Assembly (NCBI GenBank): GCA_965204735.1
Contig: OZ242008.1
Coordinates: 3,808,001 to 3,872,000, forward strand
Length of the DNA stretch: 64,000 nucleotides
Source of the DNA: Longimicrobiales bacterium
GTDB taxonomy: Bacteria > Gemmatimonadota > Gemmatimonadetes > Longimicrobiales > Gaopeijiaceae
Reading direction: 5' to 3'
A program made the translations under genes and the position numbers. This document shows positions 8,913-17,346 of this stretch, piece after piece. Positions within the stretch are counted from its first letter, which is position 1. Every line of letters begins with the position of its first letter. The notes under the pieces were generated by a model that did no database searches, was not told the origin of the DNA, and saw only the letters and a list, made by a program, of their open reading frames with translations.

Positions 8913-11906
8913 GTGGAAATCAGCAGCAGAACCCAAGCCGGCTCCTCCGGCCCGCCCAAGGCGCCGATCTCGTCCGCCGGCCCCGCCACAGCGACCACCT
9001 CGTCCGCCGGCCCGCCCCAGGCGACCACCTTGTCCGCCGGTCCGTCCACAACGACCACCTCGTCCGCCCGCCCGTCCACAGCGGCCACCTCGTCCTGCGG
9101 CCCGCCCACAACGGCCACCTTGTTGGGCGTGCTGGCCCTGGTTCTTGCTGCCGCTCTACCGGCGTCCGGTTCGGCCCAGACCGGTCGGATCGTCGGGCGG
9201 CTCGTGGACCAGCAGACCGCGCGGGCCGTCCCCAGCGCCCAGGTGTACCTGGAGGACCGGAGCGTCGGGGGGCTGTCGGGGATCGACGGACGCTACCTGC
9301 TTCGCGACGTGCCGCCCGGGGTGCACTCGGTGGTGGTGCAGATGATCGGCTACGCCACCAAGACGATCACGGGCATCGTCGTGGACCCCGGCGACGTGGC
9401 CGTGCTCGACGTGTCCATCGAGCCTGCGGCGGTCGCCGTGGAGGGGATCACGGTAGAGGCGACGGCGGAGACGGGCTCCACGACGGCCCTCCTCGTGGAG
9501 CGCCGGCAGGAGTCCTTCGTCGTGGACGCCATCGGCGCCGACCAGATAGCCAACTCTCCCGACGGCGACGCGGCGGCGGCGCTGAAGCGCGTCCCCGGGC
9601 TCTCGGTGGTGGACGGCAAGTTCGCCTACGTGAGGGGGCTGGGAGAGCGCTACAGCTCCACCTCCCTCAACGGCGCCCCCCTCGCGTCGCCCATGCCCGA
9701 TCGCAAGGTCGTGCCCCTCGACGTCGTGCCGTCGGACCTGCTGGAGTCGATCGTCACGGCCAAGAGCTACTCCCCCGACCAGCCCGGCGACTACGCCGGC
9801 GGCCTGGTGGAGCTCCGCACCAAGGACTTTCCGGCGCGACGCATCTTCTCGGCGTCTGTCTCCGGCGGCATGAACACGGCGACCACCTTCGAGGACGGCC
9901 TGGGCTACGCCGGCGGCGGGCTGGACTTCCTGGGCTTCGACGACGGCACCCGAGACCTGCCCGCGCTGCTTCCGACGAACCAGCGGGTGATCTTCCCCCA
10001 CTTCACCCGCTCCGAGCTGGAGCACTTCGGCGAAGCGTTCGGAGGCGACTGGGGTCCCACTCTGCGGAGCCTCCCGCCCAACGGGTCGCTCGGGCTCTCC
10101 TACGGCGACAACCTGGACGTCTTCGGTCGGTCGCTGGGCGTGCTGGGCTCGCTGACGTACTCCAACTCCGTGGGCGGTCGCAACGAGATCGTGGAGCGCG
10201 TGTTCTCGGCTTCCGGAGCAGCGGACCCGGAGGTCGACTACGCAGGCCAAGCCACGACGCGGTCGGTGTCGCTGGGGGGGCTGGCCAACGTCTCGTACGA
10301 GCTGACCCCCACCAGCCGCCTCACGGCCAACTTCGTCTACAACCGCCTCATGGACGACGAGGCCCGGACGTACGAGGGCTTCAACCTCGACTCCAACGCC
10401 GACCAGCGGAACCACCGGATCCGCTTTCTGGCCCAGACCCTGGTCAACGCCCAGCTCAAGGGCGAGCATCGGCTGGGCTTCCTGGCCGATGCCAAGTTCG
10501 ACTGGCGGGGCGCCTGGTCCCGCGCGCGGCGCTACGAGCCCAACACCCGCGAGGTGCTGTACCGGAAGGACGACGGCGACTTCCTCTTCGACAACTTCGT
10601 GTCGTCGGGCTCGGTGTTTCATCAGGACTTGGTGGACGACACCTACAGCGGAGCGGCGGACTTGGCCCTGCCCTTCACGCTGGGAGACGGCGACAGGACC
10701 GGAACGATCTCGTTGGGAGGCTTCGCCAGCGTGAAGCGTCGCGACGCCTTCACACGTCGGTTCCGGTTCCTGGTGGTCCCCGGCGGCGGCCTGGACAGAG
10801 CCGCCAGGTCCAAGGAGCCCAACGACCTCTTCGACGCGCAGACGATCGGCAGCGGATTCGAGCTGCAGGAGGCCACCTTTCGGCCCGACAACTACGACGC
10901 GTCGGAGGACGTCTACGCGGGCTACGCGATGGTGGACGCGCAGGTCGCGGCGCGCGTGAAGGTCATGGCGGGGCTGCGGGTGGAGTCGGCAGCGCAGACC
11001 GTCGCGCCCAAGGACCTCTTCGACTTGGGGCTGGACCCGCTGCCGGCGGCGTCGTTGGACGACGTGGACCTGCTGCCCGGCGCCAACCTGACGTTCCGGC
11101 TGAGCGAGAACACGAACTTGCGCCTGGGAGCGTCCGGCACCTTGGCCCGTCCCCAGCTTCGCGAGCTGGCGCCGTTCGCCTACGCAGACTACGCCGGCGG
11201 TTTTCTGACGGTGGGCAACCCGGAGCTGCGCCGATCGCGGATCCTCAACTTGGACGCTCGCTGGGAGACGTTCCTGGGCCGGGGCGTGGTGATGGCGGCC
11301 AGCGGCTTCTACAAGGCCTTCGACAGTCCGATCGAGGTCGCCGTGCTGCCCAGCTCGGAGCTGCTCAAGACCTGGGTGAACGGCGGCACGGCCGACAACT
11401 ACGGCGTGGAGCTGGAGTTCCGGTCGGACCTGGGCTTCGTGTCGCCCGGCCTGGCGTCGGTCTCCCTGAACAGCAACCTGACGCTCGTGCGATCGGAGGT
11501 CGGCACGCCCGACGTGATCCGGGTGCACCTGCCCGGCGAAGGCGGCGCCGACTTGCCGGTCGTGCCCAAGACAAGGGCTCTCCAGGGGCAGTCTCCCTAC
11601 GTGGCCAACGTGGGCCTGACCTATGCGTCGCCGTCGGGAGCGTCTATGGCCAGCCTGCTCTTCAACCGCTTCGGGCGTCGCATCGACGCCGTGGGCGGTC
11701 AAGCCACGCCGGAGATCGTCGAGGAGGCCCGAAGCCAGCTCGACGTCGTCCTGGAACAGCGGATCCGAGGCGGCGCCAAGATCAAGCTTTCGGCCGGCCG
11801 ACTGCTGGGGAACGTGGTGAAGTTCACCCAGGGCGGCGGCGAGCTCCGGAGCTGGAACGCAGGACGAACCTTCTCCCTGTCGCTGGGCTGGGGGACGGGA
11901 GAATGA
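8913..11906 (+). CDS. TonB-dependent receptor with N-terminal carboxypeptidase-regulatory-like domain
   Basis: AQTGRIVGRLVD, plug PDGDAAAALKRVPGLSVVDGKFAYVRGLGERYS, RPQLRELAPF, GNPELR, LQGQSPYVAN, terminal GRTFSLSLGW; start uncertain (ORF open from 8826). Confidence 0.92.
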   Translation: MEISSRTQAGSSGPPKAPISSAGPATATTSSAGPPQATTLSAGPSTTTTSSARPSTAATSSCGPPTTATLLGVLALVLAAALPASGSAQTGRIVGRLVDQQTARAVPSAQVYLEDRSVGGLSGIDGRYLLRDVPPGVHSVVVQMIGYATKTITGIVVDPGDVAVLDVSIEPAAVAVEGITVEATAETGSTTALLVERRQESFVVDAIGADQIANSPDGDAAAALKRVPGLSVVDGKFAYVRGLGERYSSTSLNGAPLASPMPDRKVVPLDVVPSDLLESIVTAKSYSPDQPGDYAGGLVELRTKDFPARRIFSASVSGGMNTATTFEDGLGYAGGGLDFLGFDDGTRDLPALLPTNQRVIFPHFTRSELEHFGEAFGGDWGPTLRSLPPNGSLGLSYGDNLDVFGRSLGVLGSLTYSNSVGGRNEIVERVFSASGAADPEVDYAGQATTRSVSLGGLANVSYELTPTSRLTANFVYNRLMDDEARTYEGFNLDSNADQRNHRIRFLAQTLVNAQLKGEHRLGFLADAKFDWRGAWSRARRYEPNTREVLYRKDDGDFLFDNFVSSGSVFHQDLVDDTYSGAADLALPFTLGDGDRTGTISLGGFASVKRRDAFTRRFRFLVVPGGGLDRAARSKEPNDLFDAQTIGSGFELQEATFRPDNYDASEDVYAGYAMVDAQVAARVKVMAGLRVESAAQTVAPKDLFDLGLDPLPAASLDDVDLLPGANLTFRLSENTNLRLGASGTLARPQLRELAPFAYADYAGGFLTVGNPELRRSRILNLDARWETFLGRGVVMAASGFYKAFDSPIEVAVLPSSELLKTWVNGGTADNYGVELEFRSDLGFVSPGLASVSLNSNLTLVRSEVGTPDVIRVHLPGEGGADLPVVPKTRALQGQSPYVANVGLTYASPSGASMASLLFNRFGRRIDAVGGQATPEIVEEARSQLDVVLEQRIRGGAKIKLSAGRLLGNVVKFTQGGGELRSWNAGRTFSLSLGWGTGE
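8941..9120 (+). repeat. 30-bp degenerate tandem repeat x6 (SSAGPATATT-like decapeptide)
   Basis: Units at 8941, 8971, 9001, 9031, 9061, 9091; consensus cgtccgccggcccgcccacagcgaccacct. Confidence 0.9.
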
Positions 11907-13231
11907 AGGAGACGAGCCGGAAGATCCTCGATTCTCTGGGGCCGGCCGTGGCTGCCGTCGTCCTCGCGGGCGCGTGCGGAGACGACGGCACGACCCCAGC
12001 GACCCCGACGCCCCGTCCATCGGCCGCGGGCCAAGCCTCGGCAGCCAACTTGTTCGGCACGATCGACGGAACGCGCACGCTCCATCCCGACACGACGTAC
12101 TTTCTCAAGGGCATCGTGACGGTGAGAGCAGGCGGCGAACTCCGCATCCCGGCGGGAACCGTCGTCCAAGGCGACGCGACGGTGCCGCCGACGGCCCTGA
12201 TCGTGCGCACCGGCGGCAAGATATACTCGGAAGGCACGGCCGCCGACCCAGTGGTGTTCACCAGCAGCAACCCCGTGGGCGAGCGGCGGGCGGGAGATTG
12301 GGGCGGCGTGGTGATCAACGGCCGGTCGCTGTGCAACTTTCCGGCCGACGCGTGCGTGGGCGAGGGATCCTCGGGCAGATACGGCGGCGCCGACCGCGAC
12401 GACGACAGCGGGCGGATCGTGTACACGCGCGTCGAGTTCGCCGGCTACGAGGTCTCCTTCGGCAACGAGCTCAACGCCCTGACCCTCAACGGCGTGGGCG
12501 CGGGCACCGAGATACATCACGTGCAGACCAACGTGGGACTGGACGACGGGATCGAGTTCTTCGGGGGCACGGTGGACCTGAAGTACGCCCTGGTCACCAA
12601 CGCCAGCGACGACAGCTTCGACTACTCCACGGGATGGCAGGGGCGCGGGCAGTTCTGGATCGCCCAGCAGGACCCCGACGACGCCGACAACGGCTTCGAG
12701 GTGGACGGCAACGAAGAGGACTTCAACGCCATGCCGCTGACCGACCCGACGATCTACAACGTCACCCTGGTGGGCAACGGCCCCGGCGGCGACGGCGGCG
12801 ACGAGTCCGCGGACGGCTTCCGGCTGCGACGGGGCGCCGCCGGGAGCATCTACAACGCCGTCGTGATCGGCTTCGGAAAAGCGGGACTGGACATCGACAA
12901 CCCTGAAACTGTGGAAGGAGACCCGGTGGAGCTGCGCAACTCGGTGCTGGCCGAGAACAAGGCGCCGTTCTCCGACGACGACGACGGCATCGACGAAGCC
13001 GAGTACTTCAACAACTCCGAGTGGGGCAACCGGGCGCTCGACAGCGCGATGCTGACCGCTCCCTACGACCGCGACGCCCCGGACTTCACGCCCATGGCCG
13101 GCTCGCCCCTGCTGACCGGCTCGGCGACGCCGCCCGACGACGGCTTCTTCACCGCGACGAACTACATCGGCGCGGCGTCGCCGAGCGGCGACAAGTGGTG
13201 GATGGGCTGGACCTCGTTCGTCCGCAACTGA
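11903..13231 (+). CDS. Beta-helix lipoprotein of the family found beside TonB receptors
   Basis: Lipobox VLAGAC; GDWGGVVING, DDSGRIVYTRVEFAG, NELNALTLNGVGAGT, DDGIEFFGGTV, DDSFD, C-terminal WMGWT; ATGA overlap with the receptor. Confidence 0.85.
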   Translation: MKETSRKILDSLGPAVAAVVLAGACGDDGTTPATPTPRPSAAGQASAANLFGTIDGTRTLHPDTTYFLKGIVTVRAGGELRIPAGTVVQGDATVPPTALIVRTGGKIYSEGTAADPVVFTSSNPVGERRAGDWGGVVINGRSLCNFPADACVGEGSSGRYGGADRDDDSGRIVYTRVEFAGYEVSFGNELNALTLNGVGAGTEIHHVQTNVGLDDGIEFFGGTVDLKYALVTNASDDSFDYSTGWQGRGQFWIAQQDPDDADNGFEVDGNEEDFNAMPLTDPTIYNVTLVGNGPGGDGGDESADGFRLRRGAAGSIYNAVVIGFGKAGLDIDNPETVEGDPVELRNSVLAENKAPFSDDDDGIDEAEYFNNSEWGNRALDSAMLTAPYDRDAPDFTPMAGSPLLTGSATPPDDGFFTATNYIGAASPSGDKWWMGWTSFVRN

Positions 13232-13839
13232 CGCGGCGGTCCGTCCCAGGGGGGACGGCCGCACGAAGCTGCCGCCGGGCGGGCCGTTTCCCTTGGACGG
13301 CGCCCTCTGGGCCGGCCGTCGCGGCGAGCGTTGCGCTTGCGGTCTGCGGCGGCCAGCCCCCCTTTCCGGGTTCGGCCGGCAGCCTAGACGCACTGGGAAG
13401 GGACGTGCTGGCAGCCTTCCAGCGAGGCGACCGCGAGGCGCTGGACGCCTTCCGCCTCACCGAGCGGGAGCACAACGAGGTGATCTGGCCGGAGCTTCCC
13501 GCCGCCGAAGCGGACTACCCCTTGGACATGGCTTGGCGGAACATTCAGCTGCGCAACCAGCGGGCGGTTCCACGCGCCGCGGGCGGTCTCCGGCGAACCT
13601 TCGAGCGTTCGGGGCCCCCGGAGTTCGAGAGCGTCGAGTGCGAGGGCGGCGTCGAGTCCTTCGACACCTTCGTCGTCCACACGGACTGCCACGTCCGCTT
13701 TCGCGCCGGCGACGCCGCCTACAAGGTTCAGCTCTTCAAGGACGTGCTGGTTCGGAACGGAGGCTACAAGGTGTTCCGCTACTACGACGAGGACGTGGAG
13801 AGCGTCGCCCCCGAGGGGGATCGGAGGGACGGCGCGTGA
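13228..13839 (+). CDS. Hypothetical lipoprotein (start uncertain; CTG at 13228 or GTG near 13195)
   Basis: Lipobox-like VALAVC then globular region (EREHNEVIWPELP...GGYKVFRYYD); stop overlaps the response regulator GTG. Confidence 0.65.
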   Translation: MTRRSVPGGTAARSCRRAGRFPWTAPSGPAVAASVALAVCGGQPPFPGSAGSLDALGRDVLAAFQRGDREALDAFRLTEREHNEVIWPELPAAEADYPLDMAWRNIQLRNQRAVPRAAGGLRRTFERSGPPEFESVECEGGVESFDTFVVHTDCHVRFRAGDAAYKVQLFKDVLVRNGGYKVFRYYDEDVESVAPEGDRRDGA

Positions 13840-14582
13840 GCCGGTCCGGCGCGGGCGCCGCCTCCAGGGTCCTGGTCGTGGAGGACGAAAGCGAGATCGC
13901 GGGGCTGATCGCCTACCAGCTGACCCGACAGGGGCATCGCGTCGAAACGGCTCTGACCGGCGCCGCGGCCCTGGACGCGCTGCACCGGAACCTGCCCGAC
14001 TTGGTGGTCCTGGATCGGATGCTGCCCGACGTCTCGGGAGACGAAGTGCTCAAGAGCGTCCGGTCGGACCCGGACACCCGGGAGGTCCCGGTTCTGGTGC
14101 TCACCGCCAAGCGGGAGGAAGAAGACCGGATCACGGGCTTGGAGATGGGGGCGGACGACTACCTCACCAAGCCCTTCAGCCCTCGCGAGCTGGTGCTCCG
14201 CGTCGACGCGATCCTCCGGCGGGCGCGGGGCGAGGTCCACTCCGACAGCGGCGGCCAGATCATGCAGTCGGGGGGACTCAAGCTCGACCTGGGGGCGAAG
14301 CAGGTGACCCGAAACGGCGAGCCGCTTCACCTCACGCGAATCGAGTTTCGGCTGCTGCGGGCGCTGATGGCCCGTCGGGGCCGCACCCGGAGCCGCGACC
14401 AGCTTCTCGCGGACATGTGGGAGACCCGGATCGACATGGTCGCCCGCGTCCGGACCCGCACGGTGGACATGCATGTGCGTCGCCTCCGGGGCAAGCTGGG
14501 CGCCGAGGGCGACCGGATAGAGACGGTGCGGGGCTTCGGCTACCGCTTTCGCAGGGCGACGGAGGCCGAGCCCAAGAGCTAG
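13836..14582 (+). CDS. OmpR/PhoB-family response regulator (PhoB-like)
   Basis: VLVVEDE, LVVLDRMLPDVSG, LTAKREEEDRITGLEMGADDYLTKPFSPREL, winged helix RTVDMHVRRLRGKL...IETVRGFGYRF. Confidence 0.93.
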   Translation: MSRSGAGAASRVLVVEDESEIAGLIAYQLTRQGHRVETALTGAAALDALHRNLPDLVVLDRMLPDVSGDEVLKSVRSDPDTREVPVLVLTAKREEEDRITGLEMGADDYLTKPFSPRELVLRVDAILRRARGEVHSDSGGQIMQSGGLKLDLGAKQVTRNGEPLHLTRIEFRLLRALMARRGRTRSRDQLLADMWETRIDMVARVRTRTVDMHVRRLRGKLGAEGDRIETVRGFGYRFRRATEAEPKS

Positions 14583-14613
14583 AGGGGAGGCGGCCGCCTC
14601 TGCGGTGGTCCCT

Positions 14614-15270
14614 TCAAAGCAGCGGCGACATCTCCAGCTTCGAGACGTGCAGGTTCAGCCCGTGGTTCACCCGGAAACCATACGCTCCGTCCGTGGCGAA
14701 TTGAGCGCGGGGCAAGCTGGCCACCTCGGCGTCGTTGACGAAGAAGCGGACGCTTTCGCCCCGTGCTTCCACGACGAGCACGTTCTTGACGGTCGCGCCT
14801 CCTTCTTCCCGGTCCTCGAAGGAGAGAATCGCCGGGTGGGCGGTCCAGGGGAGCACCGTGGGCGCCTCGGGGCCCTCCCGCCGCTTCACGATGAACTCGC
14901 CCCCGTTGCGGATCAGGAAGTAGCTGTACTCGACGGCGTCGCCCTCCATCTCGCGACCGCCGACGAAGATGCCGAACGCCTCCCGCCGCTGCCCGGGGTC
15001 GAAGAGGAAGACTTCCATTTCGACGCGGAAGTCGCCCGAAGCCTCCATCTCCGGGCCCCAGTAGACGGCCGGGGGACCGGAAGTGACGTGCCATCCCGGC
15101 GGCATCTCCACGAACATCTCCAGGTCGGCCTCCGAGCTGCTCGGGTCGTCGAAGCGGACGCTCCATCGATCCGGGCGCTCCAGGTCCTGGGCGTTCGCCT
15201 GGACGGCGGCGGCCGTCACGGCAAGGACGAGCGCCGGGGCGGAAAGGAACCGCGCAAAGATCTTCTTCAT
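14614..15270 (-). CDS. Secreted concanavalin/DUF1080-like beta-sandwich protein
   Basis: Sec signal (AVQANA-Q), GWHVTSGP, EAFGIFVGG, YFLIRNGGEF, VRFFVN, GFRVNHGLNLHV. Confidence 0.65.
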   Translation of the reverse strand: MKKIFARFLSAPALVLAVTAAAVQANAQDLERPDRWSVRFDDPSSSEADLEMFVEMPPGWHVTSGPPAVYWGPEMEASGDFRVEMEVFLFDPGQRREAFGIFVGGREMEGDAVEYSYFLIRNGGEFIVKRREGPEAPTVLPWTAHPAILSFEDREEGGATVKNVLVVEARGESVRFFVNDAEVASLPRAQFATDGAYGFRVNHGLNLHVSKLEMSPLL

Positions 15271-15377
15271 GGGGGCGCCTCGCGGGGCTTGAGTCGGAGC
15301 TGAAGCGTGGGCACGCGCGAAACGCTAGCGCACCCGAATCGGGGAGCGCAAGTGTGGGCCGCTCATGCCGGGGCCGC

Positions 15378-17168
15378 TCATGCCGTGTCGTCGACGACTT
15401 CGCACTTCTTGCATATCCACACCAGCCCGTAGCCGAGCGAGGACATGTCCAGGGCCCCGAGCTCGGCCGACACCTTGGCGCCGGCTCGGTACTGGGGCGC
15501 CGAGAGAGTCTCGCTCTCGATCCAGAACGTGTAGCTGAGCAGCTGGCGGTCGGTGGAGTGGTGGATGGTGACCTTTCCCCAGCTTCCGTAGCCGAGCGGG
15601 CCCAGCATCTTCTTCGCCAGCGTCCGGCCGAAGTCGGTCAGGTCCCGCACCCGGAAGGCGCTGAACGTGCTCATGCGGTGAATGACTTCCCGCACGGTGC
15701 CTTCGACGACGACCTTGTCCGTCGCGTCGTCGGGCCCTACGGCCTTGATGGGGTTGTCCGCCCGCGGCGTGCTGGGCAAGGGCTCGGCTCTTGGCGCTTC
15801 GGGACGCCGCACGGTGGGGCGTCCCCGCCACAACCACTGCCGCAAGTCGTCGAGCTCGGCGGGCCGCAGCGGGCGACCGTCGATCGTGCGCCGCGTATTG
15901 CTCAGCACTTTGTTGCAAACGTCCTCGGGCGCCGGCGGCAGCTTCGCCCACTTCGTCCACTCGAGATGGACCCTGGTTCGCGCAAGAATCTGCCGGATGT
16001 CCGACTCCCGGGCCTGCATCCCTTCACGGAGCAGGCGCGAGTGGCACCACGAGACGCAATCGTCCTCTTCGTACTGGGCGGCCGGCCGTTGCCCCCTGCT
16101 TCGCACGTACGACTCCAGCGCCGCGAAGACGGCCCAGTACTCTCGAGCTCCGACTTGAGGCAGGATCGTGTCCCGCAGCAGGGTGGCCAGCGTCTCGGAC
16201 ATCGGGGCCGCCGGGACGGCCAGCGGTCTCGGCCGGGCGTGAGCCGCAGGATCCCATATGTAGCCGCCGGAGATGCGGCAGGTCGAAGCCAGCTCCGTGG
16301 TCTGCAGAAACCCTCCCAGCGAACTGTGGCCAAACCACGATTCGGGCGTGCCGAACTCCTTGCCGATCTTGCCGGCCAATGACGTCAGCGGGATCGCAAT
16401 GCGACTTGCCTGCACGTACTCTCGGGCGGCTGCGACGACCTTGGCTTCGTTCATCCCGTCGGTTCCCGGCGCCTGCCCGTCCGTTCGCTTGGCCTCCTCT
16501 CCGGAGCTGGTGAGGTAGTTGATCAGGTCGAAGCTCTCGTCGGCAATGTTCGCATATGCATGGGCCGCGTTGCCCGCCGAGACGATCATCGTCCTGCATC
16601 CGTGCGCTCGCAGGTGTTGCAGCAAAGGCGTGAAGTCCGCGTCGTCGGACGCGATGACGAACTCGTCGTAAGGCGAGCCAGAGGCTTCGGAGTAGAGAGT
16701 GGAGAGCACGTCCACGACCATGCGGATGTCGGCGGCGTTCTTCATTCCGGCGGTGAGCGCCGGGCAGTCCACGACCTCGAACCCGGAGAGCAGGAGGGCT
16801 TGGCGGAACCGAGAAATGGAGAGCCATTCGCCGGTGCCGTCCTCGTCCCTCACCCCTCCCTTGGGGTTGATGTACGCGCGCCACACCAGAATTTCCCGCT
16901 CGGCGACGCCGGGCGGCAACTTCGTGCTCGCCAAGTCGCCCAGCCACTCGGAGAAGTTCCGCGCCAGCGCGTCGGCAACGTCCGGCCTGCGGCTGTGCAC
17001 GCCGTGGAAAATGTTGTCGAAGTCAACGAAGAGGGCTGAACGGAGCCGCCGGAGTTGCCCGGGTTCTTCGCCCGGCCTCTGGCCCGGTCCCTGCTTCGGG
17101 GCCGGCCGCTCGGCCGGCCGCCGCCCTCTGCGGAAGACGCTGAACAATCGTTCGAAGATTCTTGCCAT
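15378..17168 (-). CDS. NYN (LabA/DUF88, PIN-fold) domain protein with extended C-terminal domains
   Basis: SALFVDFDNI, KNAADIRMVVD, FVIASDDADFTPLL acidic NYN motifs; a following LOTUS/OST-HTH-like segment (LTSLAGKI...WFGHSSLGGFL). Confidence 0.85.
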   Translation of the reverse strand: MARIFERLFSVFRRGRRPAERPAPKQGPGQRPGEEPGQLRRLRSALFVDFDNIFHGVHSRRPDVADALARNFSEWLGDLASTKLPPGVAEREILVWRAYINPKGGVRDEDGTGEWLSISRFRQALLLSGFEVVDCPALTAGMKNAADIRMVVDVLSTLYSEASGSPYDEFVIASDDADFTPLLQHLRAHGCRTMIVSAGNAAHAYANIADESFDLINYLTSSGEEAKRTDGQAPGTDGMNEAKVVAAAREYVQASRIAIPLTSLAGKIGKEFGTPESWFGHSSLGGFLQTTELASTCRISGGYIWDPAAHARPRPLAVPAAPMSETLATLLRDTILPQVGAREYWAVFAALESYVRSRGQRPAAQYEEDDCVSWCHSRLLREGMQARESDIRQILARTRVHLEWTKWAKLPPAPEDVCNKVLSNTRRTIDGRPLRPAELDDLRQWLWRGRPTVRRPEAPRAEPLPSTPRADNPIKAVGPDDATDKVVVEGTVREVIHRMSTFSAFRVRDLTDFGRTLAKKMLGPLGYGSWGKVTIHHSTDRQLLSYTFWIESETLSAPQYRAGAKVSAELGALDMSSLGYGLVWICKKCEVVDDTA

Positions 17169-17346
17169 GCCGCTGCTCCCTCGCATGAGACGTTAGTAGT
17201 GGGGCGGCCCCGCGCGCGGGATTTCGCCGCCTGCGGCCCGCCGTGGCTGAATATGGTCGGTCGCTACCGTCGGCAACAGCCGAGCCGGGCGGACGGAGGT
17301 CCTGTTCCGCCATTCCGCCGCCCGGTCGAGCGGATCCGGGAGCGGC

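Noticed and set aside
8941..9120. 30-bp repeat array as a CRISPR array
   Set aside because: Units are contiguous and degenerate with no unique spacers, lie in frame in a CDS, and no cas genes are in the window
9156..12020. Long antisense and alternate-frame ORFs (also 1646-5125, 47134-49695, 58863-62567, 58913-62743)
   Set aside because: Shadow ORFs expected at high GC; they overlap motif-supported genes and are Arg/Pro/Gly-rich without recognisable domains
8576..13231. Giant ORFs such as 1551 aa (8576-13231) and 1574 aa (57810-62534)
   Set aside because: Upstream parts are stop-free alternate frames; real starts are at the coupled junctions 11903 and 58896
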